64,000 nucleotides of DNA, from positions 115,136,001 to 115,200,000 of the forward strand of contig NC_086107.1 in the NCBI RefSeq assembly GCF_963921235.1, written 5' to 3'. The translations under genes were made by a program, and so were the position numbers. Source of the DNA: Mobula hypostoma. Taxonomy: Eukaryota. Below the pieces are notes generated by a model. The model worked only from the letters and a program-made list of their open reading frames with translations, ran no database searches and was not told the origin of the DNA. Shown here one piece after another: positions 1-13,032 of this stretch (position 1 is the stretch's first letter; each line of letters begins with the position of its first letter).

Positions 1-13
1 ACCCAATCCTCAG

Positions 14-90
14 GTTCGCCGGGCGTCCATGTCCGTGGGCTGGGTCTGTCAGTGTCCACCGCCCTCAGCGCCAGCGAACCACAGCTACTG
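14..90 (+). CDS. integrin alpha exon ([25 protein letters not shown])
   Basis: cag| ... |gtaggt; resembles the CD11 LGLSL...PQLL propeller segment. Confidence 0.8.
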
Positions 91-3000
91 GTAGGTGCGG
101 TCAGGCAACCACTCCCTCCTCACGGACCCTCCCTTTGCGCCCTACCTCACCCTTGCAGAACCTCCCTCCTCACTGCTCATCCCTTCCCCTCGTTCCTCGT
201 CGCCCATCCCTCCTCCCCCTCCCTGCTCACCGCCATGCCCACCAGCTTTTCATCGCGGCTCCTCCCTCCTCGCGAACAACCCTTCGTCTCAACCCCACCC
301 ACGACGTCGGCACTCTCTCTCACTTCGTCCTCGCTGCCCACCCTTTCACTCCCCATGTTGCCACATACTGACCATCCTCCCTCTATCTTTCCCGGGACAA
401 GGTATGTTCACCCGCCCTGTCCTACACATGCGGAGAGAATACCTACGTGAATGGAATCTGCTACCAGTTCGACGGGACCCTGGAAAACCCCCAAAACCGG
501 ACCCCTGCATTTGAAGGTAGCCTTAGCAACAAGGTCGGGGAAGTAGGAGGTTACAGAGAAAGGGAATGGTGGAAGGGAGGAAGGGGTGACGGGAATGGGG
601 AGGGAAGGGATTATGAAGTCGGGGAGAGTGAACGGAGTCATGACCGGCGTATGAGAGGGAACGGTCACATTGACGGAGAGGGGTGTAGAGGGAAAGGGGT
701 CACAGAGAAAGAAGAAGTGTAGGGACGGATAGGACTCACAAAGAAATGGGGAGTGTAGGGGAGGGAGGGGGTCTCGGAGACGGGGGTGGGGTGTGGCGAT
801 GTAAGGGACATTGGGATTTGCAGAACACCGGCCTCCTTACCACTATATTTGACATATAGGCTGCCCTGCCGTGAAGTTAGACGTGGCCTTTCTGATCGAC
901 GGCTCTGCAAGCATCGAGGACTCTGACTTCGAGATCATGAAAGGTTTTATCCTGAAGGTCATGAAAAAATTGAAAGGGAAGGAGGCACAGGTGGGTCTGA
1001 CTTTCACCTCCAGAGCCCTGTGTCACTGACCGTGTCCTCGTTAAATTCAATGCAAATTCTTCCCACCGTTGCCCAGTGATCCCGCTCCCCCAGAGCCCTG
1101 TATCCCCACTGACGTTAACCCAGCTCCCTCACGCCGTCCCTCTTCCCCAGCACGGTGTCGCTAACTGTATCCCCACCGACGTAAGTGCAGCACACTCACA
1201 CCGTCCCCGAGTCACACCTCTGTACAGCGCCCTGTGGCACTCAGATCCACTCCTACCCGCAGTATGCCCTCGTACAATTCTCGGAGAACGTGCGGACTGA
1301 GTTCAGCTTCACGGAGTTTCGCCAGAGCACAGATCAGGAAAGACTTGTCCGACCCATCGAGCGGATGAATTCCCTCACCTATACACCGAGCGGGATCAAA
1401 TACGTGGCGTAAGTTTAACTCCGGGGTTGTGTGGGAAGGAAGGGGTAGTACGTAGGGTAAAAGTTGGGGCGGGGGGTCTTCGAAGACCAAAAGTGGTATA
1501 ATGTAGGGTGCCAAGAGGGGTATAATGTAGGGTGCGGTTAAAAAGAGGGGTATAATGTAGGGTGCGGTTAAAAAGAGGGGTATAATGTAGGGTGCGGTTA
1601 CAAAGAGGTGGATGGACGGAGGGGAGGAACGGTCTCAGAAACCTGGGCCGTGTAGAGGATTGAGGGGAGTCACTGGGACAGGGAGTGGTGTAGGGGAGGG
1701 ATGGGGTTTACTGAGATGGGGGGGTGTAGTAGTGGAGGGACGGAGTTTCTCACACGCAGTCGGGAATGTTTCTGATTCCTGTGTCCCACTCTGTCAGGGA
1801 AAAGATCTTTCAAGAAGCGGCCGGCGCCAGGCCCGAGGCAAAAAGAATGATGATTGTAATCACAGACGGTGAATCCAATGACCTGGACGTTAATTTCGCC
1901 GCGGCCATACAAGCGGCAGAGTCCAAGAAAATTGTTCGATACGCAATTGGGGTGAGTCACCGCGCGTTGAACAAACCACCTTCTCCCAAGTAACACCCCT
2001 CCCCCACCCCACGGATCGGACATCGGACACACTGTGCTCTCCTCACACCAGGCACACAACACAGGCAATGAGCATTGGACACACCATCCTCTCCCCCAAC
2101 GCCACCTCTCCCCGGGACTGGGTTTCAGCCACACGGCCGTCTCTCCCCGCCGCCGCGCCTCTCTGTCTCTGGAACCGGGCGTCGGGCACTCAGCCTCCTT
2201 GCTGTACTCCTCAGGTTGGTAACGTTTTCGACAGTCCTACCGCAAAGAAGGAGCTGAAGACCATAGCGTCACTTCCATCCGCAGATTTTGTCTTCAAAGT
2301 GAATAGCTACGCGGCTCTTGAGGAGATCGAGGAATCTCTGAAAGAGAAGATTTTTGCGATTGAAGGTTTGAGATGTTTCTCTGATAGTTTCTTCTCCCGG
2401 GCCTCCTTTCCCATCCCCGTCTTCCCCTCCCTCTGTCCCTCTCTGCCTACCCAACTATATCTGTCCCCTCTCCCCCACGTCGCCATCTCTTCCCTCTCCC
2501 TCTGACTTTATCTCCCCTCACTTCCCCCTCTCCATCTCCCCATCTCACCATTCCACCCTCTTTTCCCACGACTTCCTCTTCCCCTTCTCCCTCTGTCTCT
2601 CTCCCCCACTTCACCCCATCTCCCCATTCTCTCTCTGCCTCCTCTCTGTCACCCACCTCCGCCACGATCTCCCTTCCCCATCTTTCCGCCTTCCTCCATT
2701 TCTTCTCTCTCCCTCTGTCTCCATCTACCCCCTCTTTCCCTCTCTCTCCATCTCTGATCCTTCTCCTAGTTAGCATAGTTTGGCCGGGGAATGGAAACCG
2801 AGTGAGAGGCCAGAGAATAGTGCAGTTGATATACAGAACAGATGGAGCCTGGGGGGGAGATGAGGAAGGGCAGGCAGTGGAAACGGTATAAATGAAGTCA
2901 GTGGGATGGGTTGAAATATGTCTATTTTAATACGAGAAGTATCTGAAACAGTGGTGATGAACCTAGAGCGTTGGTCAGTACATGGCACTACCATATTGCG

Positions 3001-6000
3001 GCCATGAAAAGAACTTGGCTTCCCAAGGATAGGGATGGTTACTGGAGATTCCAGGATTTAGGTGTTTCAGGAAGGATATGGAGGGATATAAAAGAAGTGA
3101 GTAGTGTCATTGCTAATCAGGTATAGAAACATAGAAACATAGAAAAGAGGTGCAGGAGTAGGCCATTCGGCCCTTCGAGCCTGCACCGCCGTTCAGTATG
3201 ATCATGGCTGATCATCCAACTCAGAACCCTGTACCAGCCTTCCTTCCATACCCCCGATCCCTTTAGCCACAAGGGCCATATCCAACTCACTCTTAAATAT
3301 AGCCAATGAACTAGCCTCAACTGTTTCCTGTGGCAGAGAATTCCACAGATTCACCACTCTCTGTGTGAAGAAGTTTTTCCTCATCTCGGTCCTAAAAGAC
3401 TTCCCCTTTATCCTTAAACTGTGACCCTTCTTTCTGGAATTCCCCAACTTCGAGAATAATCTTCCTGCATCTAGCCTGTCCAATCCCTTTAGGATTTTAT
3501 ATGTTTCAATGAGATCCCCCCTCAATCTTCTAAATTCCAACGAGTATAAGCCTAGTCGATCCAGTCTTTCATCATATGAAAGTCCTGCCATCCCAGGAAT
3601 CAATCTGGTGAACCTTCTTTGTACTCCCTCTATGGCAAGGATGTCTTTCCTCAGATTAGGGGACCAAAACTGCACACAATATTCCAGGTGTGGTCTCACC
3701 AAGGCCTTGTACAACTGCAGTAGTACTTCCCTGCTCCTGTACTCGAATGCTCTTGCTATGAATGCCAGCATACCATTCGCCTTTTTCACCGCCTGTTGTA
3801 CCTGCATGCCCACTTTCAATGACTGGTGTATAATGACACCCAGGTCTCGTTGCACCTCCCCTTTTCCTAATCGGCCACCATTCAGATAATAATCAGTTTT
3901 CCTGTTTTTGCCACAGCTGCATAGAGTCACAGCTGCAGCGACAGAGACCTCGCGGAAGAATCGACCACTGAGTCAACGTGGGTGGAAGTCAGAAACAGGA
4001 ATAGAGCAATCACTCGATTGGGAGCATTCGATAGACCCACCCCCAGTAGCAACAGGGTCATTGCGGTGCAAATCGGCGGGGGGGGGGGCAGATTTTGGAA
4101 GAGTGCAAAAATAATAGGGTTGTTGTCATGGACGACTGCAACTTAACTAATGTTGATTGGCACCTCCTTAACGCAAAGGGTTTACATGGGACAGAATTTG
4201 TTAGGTGTGCCCAGGAAGGTTTCCTGATAAAATATGCAGACAGGCGATGAGAAGAAATGTCATTCTAGATATGGTACTAAGCAATAAACATGGTCAGTGG
4301 ATAGATCTTTAGGTGGGCGGTCATTTCGGAGACAATGACCACAACTCCTAGACCTTTACTATAACCTTAGGCAGGAACAGGAGCAGACGGTATGGGAAAA
4401 TATTTAATTGGGGACGGGCGAATTATGATGCAATTAGGCTGGAATTCGAGAGAGTAACTTAGGAACAGATGTACTCAAGGAAAATGCAGAACTGAAATGT
4501 GAATGCTATTTAGGGGGCACTTGCCGTTGTCTCTAGCTGGGCTTGCCCCCTTAAGGAAGGGAAAGTACGGTAGGGTGAAGGGACCGTGGTTAACAAGAGA
4601 CATAGAAACATAGAAAACCTACAGCACAATACAGGCCCTTCAGCTCACAATGCTGTGCCGAACATGTACTTACTTTAGAAATTACCTATGGTTACCCATA
4701 GCCCTCTGTTTTTCTAAGCTCCATGTACCTATCCAGGAGTCTATTGAAAGACCCTATCGTATCCGCCTCCGCCACCATCACCGGCAGCCCATTACACGCA
4801 CTCACCACTCTCTACGTAAAATACTTACCGCTGACATCTCCTCTGTACCTACTTCCAAGCACCTCGTACTAGCCATTTCATTCCTTGGAAAAAGCCTCTG
4901 ACCATCCACACGATCAATGCCTCTCATCAGTTTATACACATGGAACATTAGTCAAGAGGAAGGAGAATACATAGAACAGAGCGACTTAGGATGCGTTTCT
5001 GGAAGCAAGGATCAGACAGGGCTCTGGTGAGTTACAAGGTAGCCAGGAAGGAGCTGTAGAATGGAGAGGAGAGCTGGTAGGGGACCTGAGAAGGTCTTGG
5101 CAAGTAGGATTAAGAACCCCCGCCCCCCAAGACGTTCTACACGCGTGAAGAACAGGAAGATGACTAGAGTGAGGGTAGGACTGATCTGCGAAAGAAGAGG
5201 ATTAAGTCGAGGGAGGTAGGTGAGGTCTTTAATGAATATTTTGTTTCAGTATTCACCAGCGAGAAGGATTTTGCCGAATGTCAAGGCAGCTTTAATACAG
5301 GCGAATGAACGAGAACGTGTCGACATTAAGAAAGATGAGCTGGAACTTCTGAAAAACATTTGGATCGATAAGGCTTTGGGGCCAGACGGGATATACCCCG
5401 GGTTAATCCGGGAAGCGAGGAAAGAGACTGCCTTTGGCAATAACCATTGTCATAATAGTAGTAGCAGAAGATTGGAGGGTAGCAAATATTATTCTTTTGT
5501 TGAAGAAGGATAATAGGGATAATTCTGGGAAGTACAGACCAGTGAGTCTTACATCAGCGGATGATTCTTAGGGATAGTCGGCTTTGTGAGGGGCAGATCA
5601 TGTCTCAAGAGATTGATTGAATATTTTGAGGGTGTGCCAAAAGTCATGAGTGTGGAGTACAGTATATGTCATGGTCCGGTCGTGAGTCCGCATTCCACTT
5701 CATGGTCCGGTCCGTGGACTCAGGACTCCGGGTCTTCCAGCTGTCCCTTGTTTGAGTTAATCATAGGCACCTGATTTCCATCTTTGGGCTTGCAATATAA
5801 GCAGCCTTGGGATTGAGTGTGGGCTGCTGGTTTGTCTTGTCAGTCCCCCTTGGAGCAACCCCTTGAAGGCTAGTGAAACCATTGGTGATCTCTAGGCCTG
5901 GTTGGAGGACTACTGCCTCATGGAGCCCTGTTGCCACTCGTTGGAGTGATCTTTGCGGTAGGGATCCGGCTGTTTCCATAGCCAGCTGACGTTGCTGGCT

Positions 6001-9000
6001 GAACTGAGACTTGGAGCTACCCTGGAGCAGAGATGGAACTGTCTGTTGTTCTTTGGTGTTTGTCTCTTCTTGCCCTCGCCTCCGTGGGGTAAGTCAGGCC
6101 GTTTGGCCATTGCCCCGCGGGGGGTCATGTCTTGTCTTGTCCTCGCTTCTGTGGGATAAGTCAGGCCGTTTGGCCGTTGCCCTGCGGGGGGATCGGTCTT
6201 GTCTTGTCCTCGCCTCCGTGGGGTAAGGCAGGCCGTTCTGCCATTGCCCTGCGTCGGGTCTTGTCTTGTCCTCGCCTCCGTGGGGTAAGTCAGGCTGTTT
6301 TGCCGTTACCTGACGGAGAGACCTGTCCCACCTTGGTGTGGAGTTGAAGTTGAGTTCCGGCTTGTCTTAGAATAAGTCCCGGTTGTATGTCTGTTCTGTC
6401 CTGTCTCATGTTAGTGTCGTGTTAAAGATGAATCCCGGCTTGTCGAAGGATATGTTGATTTCCGGTTCCCAGTCTGTCTCTGAGCTCCAAGAACCCTAGC
6501 CTCGACGATCCCGCAACCAAGTTCCAAGAACCCTAGCCTCGACGATCCCGCAGCCAAGCTCGCAGCCTGCAAGCCTAGCTCAAGACCCAAGCCACGTCCT
6601 GTCCTGAAGCCATGTCATGTCCTTGCCTGGTTCCCGAGTCCGAGCCCGAGGTAAGATCCAGGTTCTGGGTCCTTGTCCAGTCTCGGGCTCGGAGTCCAAG
6701 CCTTGTCTCCTAGTCCATGGTTCCTAGTCCTGGTCCCAGTTTCCCGAGCCCAAGTCTGCATTCTTGTCCTTGCTACTTGCCTGAATCCTGTCACGTCCCT
6801 ACTCTAGTCAAGTCCTGTTCCTTGTACTTCCGTGTCTATGTCTCGCATTTGGGTCCGTTCCCAGCACCTCACTGTGACAGTATATGGCTTTTAGTAAGGC
6901 TTTTGATAAGCTTTCTCACGGTACGTTCATTCAAAAAGTGGGGAGTTATGGGATTCATGGAGATGGAGAGTATTCTGCCTGTTGGTCAGTGACTAGTGGT
7001 GTTCTAGGACCTCTACTCTTTTTTTTATTTTTATACATGACTTGGATGAAGAAATTTGAGGGTGGGGCTGCAGATGACACAAGGGGTGTTCGTGTTGGGG
7101 ATAGTATACAAGGTTGACAAGAGGGCGTTGATGAAATGCAGAACTGGTCTGCGAAATCACAGGAGCGCGGCTCGGGAGATTGTAAGTGACCCACTTTGAA
7201 AGGTGGAATTAGAAGGCAGAGTATAGGATTAATGGTAGGATTCTTAGCAGCATGAAGGAACAGAGTTCGTGTGGTCCACGTCTAGATGCCGGTTAAGAAG
7301 GCGTTGTCCTTCATTAGTCAGGGGGTTGAACATTGAACACAGGACATAGAAACCTACAGCACATTACAGGCCCTTCGATCCACAATCTTGTGCCGACCAT
7401 GAAATCTACTCCAGAAACTCCCTAGAATTTCCCGACTGCATAGCCTTCTATTTTTCTGAGCTCCATGTACCTATCTAAGTCTGATTTTTTAAAAAACCCA
7501 TTGTATCCACCCTATTGTATCTTGAGTTCAAGACCCGTGAGGTAATATTGCTGGTCTATAAAATCCTAGTTATACCACGCGGAGCATTTTGTTCAGTTCT
7601 GGTCGCCTCGTTTTAGGAAAGATGTATAAACTTTAGGGGGGGGGGAGCGCAGAGAAGACTTACCAGTGTATTGTCCGGATTAGAGAGAATGGGTTGAGGG
7701 AACTAGGGTTTTTCACCTGGGTGCGAAAAATGAGAGTCGACTTGATAGAGGTGTATAAGATGGCAAGAATCACATCAGGAGTGGGCAACCAGCGACTCTT
7801 CTCCAGCGGAGAAACGGTTAAGACGAAAAGGCGCACAATTTTAAGGAGTTTGGAGGAAAATATGGGTGGGGAAGGTCAGGGGTAGATTTGTGTTTTAAAC
7901 AGTTGTGGGTGATTGGAATACGCTTCCAGGGGTGGTGGTAAGGATATTCAACAGACTCTCAGAGGCACACGGATGAAAGTAAAGTGGAGAGCGGAGTGGA
8001 AGAGAAAGCTTTAATTGATTTTAGATTAGCTTAAAATGTTGGCAGCAAAACATCGTCGGCTGAAGGTGTTGCAACTGTGTTGTAATGTTCTTTGTTCTTC
8101 TCTCTACGTCACCCCGTCATGAATGTGGGAGATCTCACTGAAATCTACCGAATATTGAACGGCCTCTGTAGAGTGAATGTGGAGAGGATGTAGTCTCTGG
8201 TGGGGGAGTCTAAGATCACAGGACACAGCCTCAGAATAGAGGGATGCCCACTAAGAACAGAGATGAGGGGGAATTTCTCTAGCCAGAGAGTGGTGAATAC
8301 TGTACGTGGAGTTCAGTGTCTTGGAAGCCAAGTCATTGATATAACAAGGCAGAGGTTGATAGATTCGTGATTGGTCAGGGCATGAAGTCAGGGGACTGCG
8401 GCTGAGAAGGAAATGAATCAGCAATGACGAAATGGCGGAGCTGACTCGATTGGCCAAAATGGCCCAATTCTGCTCCTATATCTTACGGTCTTATGGCCTC
8501 TATCTTTCCATTTCCCACCTGCTTCTGTCTATCATTCACAACCATTTCTGCGCCATCTCCATCTCATTCCTGTCTCCAGACCCCTCTTCCCCCCCCCCTC
8601 ACCTTCCCTCACCCCCACGTCTCTACCTCCTTCCTTTCCTCCTGAGAACTGATATTCCTTACTGGCGCTAGGACTTCGAACCCCATCCTCTCCCCTACAA
8701 CACTCCCCATCTCTGTGAGCCCCATTCTCTTCCCTGCACCTCTCCTCATCTCGGTAAACCCCATTCGTTCCTTTACACCCCTCCCCATCTTCCTGAACCT
8801 CCTTCTCTCTCTAACATCACTCCCCACCTCCAGGAACTCCAATAACCAGTACAACACTACCCCGTCTCAACGATCTCCTTCCCTCCACTACATTCCTCCC
8901 CATTAATTCCCCCACCCGCTGCTACACCCCTCCCCGTTTACGTGATTCCCTTCGTCCCCTACACCCCACTTTTCTACTTTACCGTTCTCCCTTCCCTCAC

Positions 9001-12000
9001 CCCTTCTCCCCTCTTCTCTGCCCTACATCCCTGACCCTTTCTAACCGGTAGAACCCTCGCCGTCTCCGCGCACCCTTGTACTCCCCTAGACCCCACCCTG
9101 CCTCCTTGACTGTCCCTTTCTCCCCTGCGCTCCTCCGTGACCCCGTCCTCCTCATCTGATTGATCACCTCCCTCACCTACTTCTCCTTAAACCCTCTATC
9201 CCTCCTCACCCCTACTCTGCACCCCACTCTGTCTCTGCAGTCTCTCCTTTCCCTATCTCTGGTTCACTGACTGTTGTCTCTGTGACCCCAGGGAGTGGGA
9301 GTTCTTCGAAGAGAAATTCCTTCAGACATGAACTGGCGCAGACTGGATTTAGCTCATACTTTACAACGGTACGGTCCCATAGGGTACGCGGACGATGGGA
9401 GGGAACCGGGAGGTGCGGGGTCCGGACGTGTGAACAGGAATGGGAAGGATGGGAAGGGGCGGTGAACGGCAGGAGTGAACGGGGGTGGGGTAGTGTTCGG
9501 GCGGTGTACACCTTGTACACTCCCGTCCCGAAGAGGCTGAAGGAGCTTTACCCCGAACTCTTGTTGTGCATTCTGTGGTCAGGACGCCATTTTCCTGGGC
9601 GCGGTGGGGTCCAACGATTGGTCCGGGGCGATCCTGGAGATCCGCAACGGGATGGAGAACTTCCTCAATTCAACGAAGATGACGAATGCGTACCTTGGTG
9701 AGGGAGGGGGAGCCGCGGAGAAGAATTCCGAGGGCTAAGGGCGGAGGGGACGGAGGGAGAGAGGGAGGAGTTCGATGAGGGAGCGAGGAGGGATAGAAGC
9801 GGGGTGGCAGGGAGGGAGGCAGGGTGCGGTGAGGAGAGGGGGAGAGAAGAAAAGGCGGCAAGAATCGGCATGGGGGGGAGAGTGTTCAGGATGGAGGGGT
9901 GCGAAGAGGGAGGGATGAAGGGCGGCAGGGAAGGAAGAACGCTCTACCGTCCTTTTCTTTGTAACTCTCTCCTGTTGGACTGATGGCCACAAACCTCTGC
10001 CTTCTCCCCTAGGCTACTCCGTCACGGGGATGCGTCGAAGGGGTGAGAACCTGATAGTGGTGGGAGCCCCACGTTACAAACACAGGGGAGGCGTCCTCAT
10101 CTTGGGGAAGAGAAATAACAGAACGGCATGGGACGAACGCCAACTCATCCCGGGAGAGCAGGTGAGAGAGATACGGGGTGGGGGGTTGGAAGGGGCGCGG
10201 AAGGACGGTGTGTCCAACGTCTGCTCCTGGAGAGGGCAGTATTTACCTCTGTGCTTCACTCTGACTGCAGATCGGATCGTATTTCGGGGCGGTGGTCTGC
10301 TCCGTCGACCTGGACGGAGACGGAGAGACGGATCTGTTACTAATTGGCGCCCCACTATATCACAGCTCCGGTGTCGGGGGAGTGGTGAGAGTGTGTAACC
10401 TCACCCAGCAGGTATCTTCCAGGGCGCGGGCGGGCAGCGGGGTGGGGGGGGGGACGAGTATGTGGAGACAGAGACGGGTGGAGCACAGAGGAGGATAGAG
10501 GTGGGGAGTGGTGATTGGGGACAGGGTATAAATAAAGCAGAAAGGGACGGGGAAGTGTGGGGAGATAGGGGGAGAGAGAACAGGGTGGAGATAGTGACGG
10601 GGGAGAAGTGGCGAGCGACCTGGGAGATGAGGGGGATTAGGGGCGGATGGAGAGAGATGGGAAAAATACAGACGGGGGGGAGGGAGGGTATGCGGACGGG
10701 GTGAGATGGAGATGCGGGGAGGGAAGGGGGAAAGTATGGTATGACGAGTTGTGGATTGTGTCGGCACCGTCCCAGGACACAAGCCGTGTAAGAGTCCCCC
10801 CTCGCTGGGGTAAGGAGGGAAGAGAGAAGGGAAAGGAAGTAGAGAATGAGGCAGAGTTGTATTGAAAAGAACGGTGACAAACTCTCTCTTCACTTCTTTC
10901 CTCCATCTCTCTCCTATCTCTTCCTCTTCCTCTCTCCCTCTTCTCCTCTTCCCCTCACCCTCATCTTACCGTCTGTGAACCTCTGTCCTGCCCTCCCTTT
11001 ATCTTGTCTTCCCTCACCTCGTGCTCTCCCCACCCACCTCCTCTCTCCACACAACTCCCTTTCTCACCCCTCTTCCTACCCTCTCCACCCTCCCAGGATG
11101 TCGTCTACTGCAACGACTCTCTGCAAGGTGAACGGGGGGATGGACTGGCGCGTTTCGGGGCCTCCATCGCGGTCCTGCGGGACCTGAACGGGGACGGTTT
11201 GGCAGACGTTGCCGTGGGGGCCCCGCTGGAGAACGACCATGGCGGCAGCGTCTACATCTACCAGGGCGTCTCCGGTGGGCTGGAGGAGGGCTACAGTCAG
11301 GTGCGGGATGACCCGTCTCCTTCCCTCTATCCCTTTATCCTTCCACCCATCAATCCATCTCACTCTTCCATCCCTCGACCGCACTTCCCATCTGTCTCTC
11401 CCTCCATCCATCCATCCATCCACCCTTTCTTCCTCTCTGCCTGTCTCTCCCCCCTCTGATCTCTCATTTTCACTGCCGTGTCCTCTCTCCCCAGCATTCC
11501 CCCCCCCCACTCCGTCACTCCATCTGTCCATCCTCTCTCCATCTTTCCCTCCCTCCATTGCTCCTTCCTTCCTTCTCTCCACCTCTGCACCCTCCCTCCC
11601 TCCACTGATCCTATAGTCTGTTCCCCCCTCCACCATTTCGCCCTGTCTCTTTCCTTTCAACCAACATTCCATCCATCAATTCACCTGACCGCTCTCTCTT
11701 TCTGTGCCAACGGTCCTCTCTCTATTTCCCTTCTCTGCCCTCTCCATCTCTCATGCAATCTTTCCTTCCCTCAATCTCTGTCCCTCCCTTCCACTTTCCC
11801 TCCCTCCATCTCTCCGTCTGCCCCTCTATCCCTTCACCGAGTTCTATATTCCTTAATCTCTGCATCTTATCCTCTCTCTGACCTTCCATAGTCCCCTCCA
11901 TCTCTCCGGTCCTCCCTCCCTCTTTCTATCCTTCTACAAATCATTCCATCCATCTGTCTCTGCCGACCCTTGGTTTCGCCGTCCCTGCAGCGCTCCCTCT

Positions 12001-12991
12001 CTGGGGATTGTTGTGGAAGAGAGGGACCGAAGGGCACAGGTACATGGTTCCCCGAAAGCGGCAGCACAGGAGACATGGTGGTGAAAAAGGCGTTAGGCAC
12101 ATTGGCCCACATCATTCAGGACACGGAGTACAGGGTTTGGGACATTATTGTACAAGATGTTGGCTAGGATGTACTTGGAATTTGATATGACCAGGGACGC
12201 AGGGGAAGATGCGGTGACAGCGTAGGGGAGAGAGGGGGTCTAGAACCGGGTAGGGGTGTAAGGGTCAGAGGGATTTAGGAGATTAGCGATGTGTAAGACT
12301 GGATGATTTGAAGAGATCCAGTAATCGATTTAGGTCGCCCTGCTGCAGGAAAGATTCCGTGGAGCTGGCAAGAGTGCAGAAGAGTTTCACGAGGATGTTG
12401 CCGGGACTCGAGGGACCGAGTTGTGGAGAGAGGGTGCGCAGGTTGGGACTTTATTCCCTGGAGCGTAGGGGACTAAGGGGAGTGACTTTGCAGAAGTGTA
12501 TAAAACCATGAGGGGCAGACACAGGGTGACCGTGTACAGTCTTTTCCCCGGGGTTTGGAATCGAGAACCAGAGCCCAAGGTTTAATGTGAGAGATGAGCG
12601 ATTTAACCAGGACAAGGACATGAGGAGCAACACGCTCACCCAGAGGGTGGTTCGTATATTAAACGAGCTGCCAGAGGACGTGAATGAGTCAGCTGCATTA
12701 ACAACATTTAAAGGGCACTGGACAACGACACAGACTGGGAAACGACTTTAGACGGGTGTGGGCCAAACGTGGGCAAAAGCGACGATCTGAAATTGTAATG
12801 TTGGCTGGCAAGGAACGGATGGACCAATGAACCTGATCACTCCGTCCCTCACTCACCTCTTCCCCTTCCCTTCTTCCCTCTGATTTCCCTCCTCCTCTTC
12901 CCTCTCCCTATGTCTCTTCCTCTCTGCCTCCCTCCCTCGCTCTCTACCACTCTCGGATCCCTGTCGCTCAATTATAACACCCCCCCCCCCT

Positions 12992-13032
<41 letters not shown>

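Larger units (their letters stand above)
2830..8100 (+). mobile_element. Old degraded CR1-clade LINE (endonuclease to RT to 3' end) hosting several nested insertions
   Basis: Frameshifted CR1 ORF2 remnants: [49 protein letters not shown]-like. Boundaries approximate. Confidence 0.8.
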
